The position numbers and the translations under genes were made by a program. Below, in pieces: positions 24,247-31,305 of a stretch of DNA of 33,483 bases. Below the pieces are notes generated by a model, which was not told where the DNA came from, did no database searches, and worked only from the letters and a program-made list of their open reading frames with translations. Within the stretch, counting starts at the first letter, position 1; each line of letters opens with the position of its first letter. The DNA comes from Thermoplasmata archaeon (lineage in GTDB: Archaea > Thermoplasmatota > Thermoplasmata > Lutacidiplasmatales > UBA184): contig JAKAPG010000001.1 of assembly GCA_021823085.1 (NCBI GenBank), positions 1-33,483 of the forward strand. The letters are read 5' to 3'.

Positions 24247-25269
24247 ATGCGGTGGGCCGAGCACTACCTTCCGGAGCTCGCCCTCGCCGCCACCTTCGGC
24301 GGCGCGGCCGCGATCAACGTCGTGATCTTCGCGTTCTTCGGGATCTCCCCGTATTCCGTCATCGCCTGGGACATCGCGACATTGCTCGCGGTGTCGACCT
24401 ACTTCACCGTCCGCCGCGCCCAGCGCGATCCGCGCCCCTTCCTGCGCGAGCTCGTGCTCGTCGGCCTCGTTCTCGCCGCGATCAGCATCTTCACGGGGAT
24501 CGGGAACGGCGCGACCGACGAGGGCTACACGACCCCGCTCTACGGGAACATGATGGTCCACCTCGTGAATCCCTACTGGATCCAGCTCACCGTCCCCTAC
24601 ACGGTACACTACGGGCCGTTCTTCAGCTACCGCGTCGTCTCGACGAGCTTCGACACGTACCTGCCCCTGATCTCCTTCCTCCAGATCCCCGGTGCCGGGA
24701 TCGTCGGGTACGAGCTCCTCGGCGTCGCGGCCTGGGTGGGGATGGTCTACCTGGTCCGGAAGGACGAGTTCGCCTCGCTCACCCTTGCGAGCCCGGTCGT
24801 CGCCCTCCTCGCGTCGAACGGCTTCAACGACCTTCCGGTCCTGTTCCTGATGACCCTCAGCCTACGGGGTTGGAGCGGTCCGAAGGCGAAGATCATCGAG
24901 TACCTCACCTACGGGATGAAGCAGTTCGCGAACGCGTTCTGGCTCGTCGTCTACCTCGCCCAACGGCGGTGGGCGAGCGCGCTCCTCGTGATCGGGATCA
25001 GCGTCGTCTGGGTCCTGCCGTTTCTTCTGTGGCCCGGGGAGGGCGGCGGCGTGTACTGCCAGGCCCTCACCCTCGGATGGGGACCCGGCTGTGCGGGCAT
25101 CCGGAGCGGCGTGCGCGGGGTCACCGACCTCTGGGTCCACTGGAACTACTACCTATGGCCCGTCTGGATCTACGCGCTCTTCCGCTCCGGCATCGATCGG
25201 TGGATCGCCGCGGCCCGCCGAGCATTCGCCCGTCGTCGGGAACCCGAGATCCCCGTTCCCGGCGCGTGA
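24247..25269 (+). CDS. polytopic integral membrane protein, function unknown
   Basis: About 340 aa with roughly 9-10 hydrophobic segments. Contains LLASNGFNDLPVLFLM and W-rich loops. Start is ATG 24247 (MRWAEHYLPE), preceded by GAGGG. ATG 24211 is an in-frame alternative. Confidence 0.65.
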   Translation: MRWAEHYLPELALAATFGGAAAINVVIFAFFGISPYSVIAWDIATLLAVSTYFTVRRAQRDPRPFLRELVLVGLVLAAISIFTGIGNGATDEGYTTPLYGNMMVHLVNPYWIQLTVPYTVHYGPFFSYRVVSTSFDTYLPLISFLQIPGAGIVGYELLGVAAWVGMVYLVRKDEFASLTLASPVVALLASNGFNDLPVLFLMTLSLRGWSGPKAKIIEYLTYGMKQFANAFWLVVYLAQRRWASALLVIGISVVWVLPFLLWPGEGGGVYCQALTLGWGPGCAGIRSGVRGVTDLWVHWNYYLWPVWIYALFRSGIDRWIAAARRAFARRREPEIPVPGA

Positions 25270-25312
25270 GGAAGCGTCCGGCCCTCACTCGGCTTCCTCT
25301 GCGCGCATACGG

Positions 25313-25318
25313 TTATTA
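25313..25318 (+). promoter_or_regulatory. TATA-like element (TTATTA) upstream of xerA
   Basis: Only AT-rich hexamer in the 75-bp intergenic region. It lies 26 nt upstream of ATG 25345, which fits a leaderless or near-leaderless transcript. Confidence 0.45.
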
Positions 25319-25344
25319 GGGCAAAGTCGGCCGGAGCGTTCGCG

Positions 25345-26277
25345 ATGGCGACGGCCGCGTTCCGGGTCGGTGCGGAACCTGCGGGGCGGCGTGCTCGACG
25401 CCCTCCTGCGACCGGACCTGCGCGGGCTGCGAACGAGAGCCCCGGCCCCTTCGATGCCGAAGAGACCGTGCGCGCGTTCGATCGGTACCTCCGTGCCCAG
25501 GAGCGCAGCCCGTGCACGGTGAAGCAGTACACCCACATCGCCCGGATGTTCTTTGGCTTCGTGCGCAAGCCGATCGAGGAGGTCAGCGCGCGCGATCTCG
25601 AGACGTTCCGCGAACACCTCGTCCTCCAGCGCCACTACTCGAAGAATTCCCTCTACACGACCATCCGCGGCCTCACCTGCCTGTTCCGAAGCTTCGGCCT
25701 CGGAATCGCGGACCAGCTCGAGCCTCCTCGCCGGCCCGAACGTCTCCCGCACTACCTCAACGAGGACGAGATGCATCGGCTCTTTGCGGCGGTCGCCTCC
25801 TCGCCGCGCGACAGTGCGATCGTGCACGTGCTGGGTTTCGGCGGCCTGCGCGTCGGGGAGCTGTGCCACATCGAGCTGGACGACCTCGATCTCGACCGGA
25901 ACGTGCTGCACGTGCGCAGCGGCAAGGGCGACAAGGACCGAGAGGTCGTGCTCGACGAGCGCGCGCGAACGGCGATCGATCGATATCTCGCCGACCGCGC
26001 GACCGTGACGGTCGCGAGCACGCGGCTGTTCCCGGTCGGGCCGGTCACGGTCGAGAGGATCGTGCGCGGGGCCGCCCGCGCGGCCGCCATCGACCAAAGG
26101 GTCACGCCGCACATGCTCCGCCACTCGCTCGCGACCGCCCTGCTCGCGCGCGGCTGCGACATCCGCTACATCCAGAAGCTCCTCGGGCATGCGTCGGTCG
26201 CGACGACCCAGATCTACACGCACGTCGACACGCAGTCCCTGCGCGCGGCCTACGAGCGGGCGAAGCCGGCCTATTAA
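25345..26277 (+). CDS. xerA: tyrosine recombinase XerA-like
   Basis: Core-binding domain with YLRAQERSPCTVKQYTHIARMFF. Catalytic domain with GGLRVGELCHI, GKGDKDREVVL, TPHMLRHSLATALLARG, LLGHASVATTQIYTHV (R...K...H-x-x-R...H...Y). Confidence 0.9.
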   Translation: MATAAFRVGAEPAGRRARRPPATGPARAANESPGPFDAEETVRAFDRYLRAQERSPCTVKQYTHIARMFFGFVRKPIEEVSARDLETFREHLVLQRHYSKNSLYTTIRGLTCLFRSFGLGIADQLEPPRRPERLPHYLNEDEMHRLFAAVASSPRDSAIVHVLGFGGLRVGELCHIELDDLDLDRNVLHVRSGKGDKDREVVLDERARTAIDRYLADRATVTVASTRLFPVGPVTVERIVRGAARAAAIDQRVTPHMLRHSLATALLARGCDIRYIQKLLGHASVATTQIYTHVDTQSLRAAYERAKPAY

Positions 26278-26281
26278 CGGC

Positions 26282-27499
26282 GTGACCCTCGCCCCCCTCG
26301 TGCCGCTCCCGGAACGCGTCGGTTGCCTCGTGCTCGGCGGGGGCATCGCCGGAGCCGCCACCGCCTACCATCTCGCCCGGAGGGGGGAGCGCTCGGTCCT
26401 GCTCTACGAGCCCAAGACCCCGAACGCGGGGGCCAGCGGGCGCGCCGCGGGGATCCTGACCGACCAGCAGTGGAACGAATGGGACGTCGAGGTCGCCCGC
26501 GAGACCGTGAAGGAGTACGAGGAGCTCTCGCACCGACACCCCCACATGGGGTTCGCGCGCAACGGGTTCTTGCGGTGGACGACCCACCCGCTCGCGGCGG
26601 AGGCGATCGACGTCGCGTACCGTCGGATGCGCCGATGGGGGGTATCGGTCGATCGGATCGGCCCTGCCGACCTTCGCGCGGCGTTCCCCTGGGGGCGCTT
26701 TGACGACGTGCTCGCCGGGCTTCGAGGGACCGCCGACGCCGTCGTGACGCCGAGCGCGACCACCGATGCCTACCTGGCCGAAGCACGAGATCTCGGAGCG
26801 GACGTTTGGTTCGGCGATGGGCCGGCGCAGCTCCGAGCCGAGCCTTCGGGGTTCCAGCTTCGAGCCCGTCACCGGACGATCGCCGCGCGCACGACCGTTG
26901 TCGCCGCAGGAGCTTGGTCGAAGGCGCTGTTGCGTTCGATCGGTCAGGGGCTTGCGCTGACACCGTACCGGGTGCAGGCGGCGACGCTCCGGCCGCCGGA
27001 CCCACCCCCCGAACGGTTCCCGAGCGGACACGACCTCGACACCGACGTGTACTTCCGGCCCGAGGGGCCCGGCCGGGTCCTCGCCGGGGACGGGACCGAG
27101 CGCGTGGAAGCCGATCCGGACCGGTTCGTCACCACCGGCGACCCCGGGTTCGTGACCCACCTCGCCGAGAGCGTTCGCCGGCGTCTTCCCGGCTGGGAGG
27201 GGTCCGAACTGATCCGGGCCTGGGCCGGGGTGTGCACGGCGACGCCCGATCGTCGGCCCCACGTGGGGGCGGTGGATCCCTCGCAGGGGCTCTACTGCAT
27301 CGTCGGGTTCAACGGATACGGCGTGATGCGCGCCGGCGGGGCCGCGCGTCGGCTCGTCGATCTCCTCGTGGAAGGGCCGGGAGGCCGGGCCTCCGATCGG
27401 CTCGTGCCGGTCGATCCGCGGAGGTTCCCGACCTCCCCTCCCGACTTCCCGCCGCACCCGGGGTTCACCTTGGAGGGAGGCGATGAGCCTCGCTTCTGA
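26282..27499 (+). CDS. FAD-dependent oxidoreductase (DAO / glycine- or sarcosine-oxidase-like family)
   Basis: N-terminal dinucleotide-binding motif CLVLGGGIAGAATAYHLARRG...LLYE, then VVAAGAWS, and C-terminal GFNGYGVM. GTG 26282 lies 4 nt after the xerA stop. The earlier part of the track ORF is off-frame xerA. Confidence 0.85.
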   Translation: MTLAPLVPLPERVGCLVLGGGIAGAATAYHLARRGERSVLLYEPKTPNAGASGRAAGILTDQQWNEWDVEVARETVKEYEELSHRHPHMGFARNGFLRWTTHPLAAEAIDVAYRRMRRWGVSVDRIGPADLRAAFPWGRFDDVLAGLRGTADAVVTPSATTDAYLAEARDLGADVWFGDGPAQLRAEPSGFQLRARHRTIAARTTVVAAGAWSKALLRSIGQGLALTPYRVQAATLRPPDPPPERFPSGHDLDTDVYFRPEGPGRVLAGDGTERVEADPDRFVTTGDPGFVTHLAESVRRRLPGWEGSELIRAWAGVCTATPDRRPHVGAVDPSQGLYCIVGFNGYGVMRAGGAARRLVDLLVEGPGGRASDRLVPVDPRRFPTSPPDFPPHPGFTLEGGDEPRF

Positions 27500-28838
27500 C
27501 GCCTTGGCGATCGCTCGTGCGGGGATCCGGGCGGCCGATCCGGACGCCGCCGTCCGCCGAGTGCTCCATCGCGGCCCGGGCGAGGTCCGGGTCGGTCGGA
27601 TGCGGCTCGCGCCGGGCGGGCACGGGCGCATCCACGTCGTCGCCCTCGGAAAGGCCGCGGGGCGGATGGCCGATGCCGCCCGCCGCGTGCTGGGGAGCGG
27701 GGTCGTGGGGATCGCCGTCACGTCTCCCGGGAGCCCCGCGGCCCACGGTCGCATCCGGACCCTCCGGGGAAATCACCCCCTTCCGGGCCCGGCCTCCCTT
27801 CGCGCGGGCCGAGCCCTCCTCCGCTACGTCGACCGGCTCTCCGAAGACGATGCGGTCCTGTTCCTGATCTCCGGCGGGGGTTCCGCGCTCGCCGAGGTCC
27901 CCCGTCCTCCCGTGACCCTGGCCGACCTCGAGAAGACGACCTCCGTCCTCCTCGCGAGCGGGCTATCGATCCGGGTCGCCAACGCTCTCCGGCGGAAATT
28001 GAGCGAGATCAAAGGAGGGCGACTCGCCGCTCGCGTGCGTTCGCGGCGCTACGCGACCGTCGCGATCAGCGACGTGGTCGGCGACCCTCCTCTCGATGTG
28101 GCCTCCGGCCCGACGGTCTTCGATCCTACGTCGGCCCGGCGCGCGATCCGGCTTGCGCGCACGTCGAAGATTTACCGGCAGCTCCCGCTCCGTGTTCGGA
28201 CCTTGCTCGAGCGCGAGGCACGAGCGCGCGCCCGCCCGCACCGTACGTCCGCCCGGGCCTACGTCTTCGCGGCCACGAACGCGACGGCGTTGGCCGGCGC
28301 GGCGGGCGCCGCGCGCCGGCGCGGGTATCGGACCGTCGTCGCCGATCGCCCGATCGTCGGCGACACCGATCGGGCCGCACGTGCGTTCGTTCGTCGTATG
28401 GCGATCGCGGGAGGCCTGCGAGGCGCTCGGCGCATCGCATGGATTGCGGGGGGTGAGACGACCGTAGAACTGGGCTCAAAGCCGGGCCGGGGAGGGCGCA
28501 ACCAGGAGTTCGCCCTGACCGCGGCCCCCCTCATCGCCGGGCGTCCCGCGCTGGTGCTGTCGGTCGGCACCGACGGGATCGATGGGCCGACCGATGCTGC
28601 GGGCGGATGGGTCGACGGGACCACAGCGCGCCGGGCCGAAGCGCTGGGGATCGACCTTGCCCGGGAGCTTCGGCGACACAACGCGTACCCCGTGCTCCAG
28701 CGCCTCGGCAGCCTCGTCCGCACCGGACCGACCGGGACGAACGTGACGGACCTTCACGTCGGGCTGCGGGTCCCTACTCGGGGTAGGGAAAGTAGTCGGG
28801 CTTCGGACGGTCCTTCCAGTCGACGTAAATCGTCTTGA
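27483..28838 (+). CDS. glycerate 2-kinase (MOFRL / DUF4147 family)
   Basis: Contains VVALGKAAGRMA, LFLISGGGSAL, LRRKLSEIKGGRLA, AGGETTV, GRGGRNQEFAL, GTDGIDGPTDAAG and TGPTGTNVTDL. The ATG overlaps the previous gene by 17 nt. The last ~20 codons overlap the convergent ALDH gene. Confidence 0.88.
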   Translation: MSLASDALAIARAGIRAADPDAAVRRVLHRGPGEVRVGRMRLAPGGHGRIHVVALGKAAGRMADAARRVLGSGVVGIAVTSPGSPAAHGRIRTLRGNHPLPGPASLRAGRALLRYVDRLSEDDAVLFLISGGGSALAEVPRPPVTLADLEKTTSVLLASGLSIRVANALRRKLSEIKGGRLAARVRSRRYATVAISDVVGDPPLDVASGPTVFDPTSARRAIRLARTSKIYRQLPLRVRTLLEREARARARPHRTSARAYVFAATNATALAGAAGAARRRGYRTVVADRPIVGDTDRAARAFVRRMAIAGGLRGARRIAWIAGGETTVELGSKPGRGGRNQEFALTAAPLIAGRPALVLSVGTDGIDGPTDAAGGWVDGTTARRAEALGIDLARELRRHNAYPVLQRLGSLVRTGPTGTNVTDLHVGLRVPTRGRESSRASDGPSSRRKSS

Positions 28839-30264
28839 GCTGCAGATAGTCTCGGACGCCCCAGACGGTCCCCTCGCCACCGAGGCCGCTCTGGCGGAAC
28901 CCGGCGTGGTAGCCCTGGGGGCTCTCGGGGCCGGCGCGATTGAGGTACGTCTCGCCGTAGCGGATCGTGCGCGCGGCCCGCTCGGCGAGCGACACGTCGC
29001 GCGTGAAGACGTAGCTCGACAGGCCGTACTTGCTCTCGTTGACCTGTCGTACGACCTCGTCGAACTCCTCGTAGGTGAGCACCGGCAGGACGGGACCGAA
29101 GATCTCCTCCTGCGCGATCGGGTTGGCGTTCGTGACGTCGGTCAGGATCGTCGGGGCGTAGAACGCTCCCTTGTCGAACTCCGGGCCGCTCGGAACGGAG
29201 CCGCCCAGCGCGACCTTCGCGCCGTCGGAAACGGCGCGAGCCACGTCCTCGGCGACGGCGTCCCGCGCGCTCCTCGCGTACATCGGTCCCATGTCGGTGT
29301 TCGGCCGGAGCCCCGGGCCGACCCGGAGCTGGCGGGTGAGCCCGTGGACCTTCCGCACGAACTCCGGTGCGACCTTCTGGGAGACGAACGCCCGTTCCGC
29401 CGCGATGCACGACTGGCCCGCGTTCCAGAACCGCGCCCAGACCGTCGCACGGGCGGCCGCCTCGAGGTCGGCGTCGGCCGCGACGATGACAGGCGCCTTG
29501 CCGCCGAGCTCGAGCAAGCACTTCACGACGTTCGGCGCCGCGAGGCGCAGGATCTCGATGCCGCTCGCGGTCGAGCCGGTGATCGTTACGGTGGAACAGT
29601 GCTTGTGCCCGATCAGCGCGGGTCCGAGCTGCGCGCCCGATCCGCTCACGACGTTGAGGACCCCCGGGGGCAGTCCCGCCTTGGCCAGCGTCTCGGCGAT
29701 CAGGAGGGAGCAGAGCGGAGTGTTGCTCGAGGGCTTCAGGACCATCGTGTTGCCGCCGAGCAGCGCGGGCGCGATCTTCCGGGTGATCGTCGCGGCCGGG
29801 AAGTTCCACGGCGTGATCGCGACCACGACCCCGCGGGGGAGCCAGGTGAGGCGCATCGACTCCCCGGACGGAAGGCCCGAGACCTCGTCGCCCGTGAGCG
29901 TCCGTGCGAACGCCGGGTAATACTCGAGGTTGTCCACCGCTCCGGCCACCTCGCTCCGGCTCTCGTGGAGGACCTTGCCCATCTCGCGGGTCATGAGGTG
30001 CGCGAGCTCGTCCGAGCGCCCGCGCAGAAGCTCCGCGGATCGAAGCAGAATCTTCCCTCGGGCCCCGGCGCCGATCGCCTCCCAGGCGGGCTGCGCCCGG
30101 TACGCCGAATCGATCGCTGCCTTCGCGTCGTCCGGTGTGGCCTTGGCCACGCGGTCGACGCGCGACCCGTCGGCCGGGTCGATCACGTCGAACGTACCTC
30201 GGGTACCGAGAGGGACGTACTCGTTGTCGATCCAAATCCCTCGGACGGTGGTCTCGGGCATCAC
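28774..30264 (-). CDS. NAD(P)+-dependent aldehyde dehydrogenase (candidate glyceraldehyde dehydrogenase)
   Basis: 496 aa with VVVAITPWNFPA, LKPSSNTP, LELGGKAP, the catalytic Cys context FWNAGQSCIAAERAFV, and EEIFGPV. Start is GTG 30264 or the adjacent ATG 30261. Confidence 0.95.
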   Translation of the reverse strand: MMPETTVRGIWIDNEYVPLGTRGTFDVIDPADGSRVDRVAKATPDDAKAAIDSAYRAQPAWEAIGAGARGKILLRSAELLRGRSDELAHLMTREMGKVLHESRSEVAGAVDNLEYYPAFARTLTGDEVSGLPSGESMRLTWLPRGVVVAITPWNFPAATITRKIAPALLGGNTMVLKPSSNTPLCSLLIAETLAKAGLPPGVLNVVSGSGAQLGPALIGHKHCSTVTITGSTASGIEILRLAAPNVVKCLLELGGKAPVIVAADADLEAAARATVWARFWNAGQSCIAAERAFVSQKVAPEFVRKVHGLTRQLRVGPGLRPNTDMGPMYARSARDAVAEDVARAVSDGAKVALGGSVPSGPEFDKGAFYAPTILTDVTNANPIAQEEIFGPVLPVLTYEEFDEVVRQVNESKYGLSSYVFTRDVSLAERAARTIRYGETYLNRAGPESPQGYHAGFRQSGLGGEGTVWGVRDYLQLKTIYVDWKDRPKPDYFPYPE

Positions 30265-30303
30265 CCACCGATCGCCGGGAGGCGTAAACCGTTGACTCGG
30301 TCT

Positions 30304-31266
30304 TTACCGCGCGGCCCGCAGACGCTCGAGCTTTTCGAGGAACTCCGGGCCTTCCCCGGTCGTGAGGGGTTGTCCGTCCGCGCGCGCGAGCTCGAGCCCG
30401 GCGTGGGCGCAGGCCTCGGTCGGCGTCCGCCCTTCCAGCAGCGCGCGGAGTGCGACCTGCTCGCGCCGGGTGAGGGCGAGGCCGTGCAGCTGGAACTCCT
30501 CGAACGCCTCGAACGCGACCGGGCACACGAGGCGTGCGAGTCGGTCGACCTGGGCGGCGAAGAGCCGGATCTCCTCCTGCGCGTGCGGGTCGAGTCGTAA
30601 TAGGAGGAAGTGGAACAGGTTGTGAAGGTCTGTCTTCCAGTACCACTGAGTATAGTAGGCGACCGGGAGGAGGAGCCGCGCGGTCTCCCGGGCGACGCCC
30701 GCCTCGAGCGCGCGCCGGTAGGAGGCATACGCGTCCTTCGACACCCGCTCGAGATCGCCTTGGAAGGCGCTCACGATCTCGGGCGAGAGGGGATCCCCCC
30801 GTCCCTGGCGGTTCCGCGTCGACTGGTGGCGAACCTCGTCGGCCGGCGGGACCTCGTATTCGTCCTCGACCACGGAGTACCGCGCGCTGACCTCGTTGAG
30901 GGAAGCGGTCCGGTGACGGACCCACTGCCGCGCGACGAAGATGGGGAGCCGAACGAGAAACTTGTACTCCACCATCTCGAACGGCGTCGTGTGGCGATGG
31001 CGCAACAGGTAGCGGATCAGCCCCCGGTCGTCGCGGGCCGTCTTCGTTCCCTTGCCGTAGGAGACGCGAGCCGCCTGAACGATCGCGTCGTCGTTGCCCA
31101 TGTAATCGATCAGCGCGACGAACCCGTGGCTCAGAACGGGGTGGCGGACACCGAGCTCCCGGTCCGCCGATTCGACCCGTGGCCTCGCGAGCGGGCCTGT
31201 CGGTTCCGGCACGGAACGCCGAACCCGACGGTCGCCATAAGGTGCTCGTCGTACGAGCGAGGTCAT
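30304..31266 (-). CDS. thyX: FAD-dependent thymidylate synthase ThyX
   Basis: Contains GFVALIDYMGNDDAIVQAARVSYG, HTTPFEMVEYKF, PIFVARQWVRHRTASLNEVSARY (the ThyX RHRxxSxxxxSxR motif) and DPHAQEEIR. Only the 3' third of the 958-aa track ORF is real. Start is ATG 31266, or GTG 31212 as an alternative. Confidence 0.92.
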   Translation of the reverse strand: MTSLVRRAPYGDRRVRRSVPEPTGPLARPRVESADRELGVRHPVLSHGFVALIDYMGNDDAIVQAARVSYGKGTKTARDDRGLIRYLLRHRHTTPFEMVEYKFLVRLPIFVARQWVRHRTASLNEVSARYSVVEDEYEVPPADEVRHQSTRNRQGRGDPLSPEIVSAFQGDLERVSKDAYASYRRALEAGVARETARLLLPVAYYTQWYWKTDLHNLFHFLLLRLDPHAQEEIRLFAAQVDRLARLVCPVAFEAFEEFQLHGLALTRREQVALRALLEGRTPTEACAHAGLELARADGQPLTTGEGPEFLEKLERLRAAR

Positions 31267-31305
31267 CTTTTTGCCGTGCCGAGCCTCGACTCGCCCGGAG
31301 GGCCG

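Noticed and set aside
24246-24249. CATG where the longest versions of the divergent ttuA and membrane-protein ORFs would both start
   Set aside because: Using both would put each promoter inside the other gene. TtuA homologues begin at the CxxC finger (ATG 24170), so the METLADRSS... extension is not credible.
25345-26277. The tyrosine recombinase as a marker of an integrated virus, plasmid or transposon
   Set aside because: The sequence is XerA-like throughout. The neighbours are ordinary metabolic and membrane genes with host-like codon usage. I saw no flanking direct repeats, tRNA gene or other mobile-element functions in the window.
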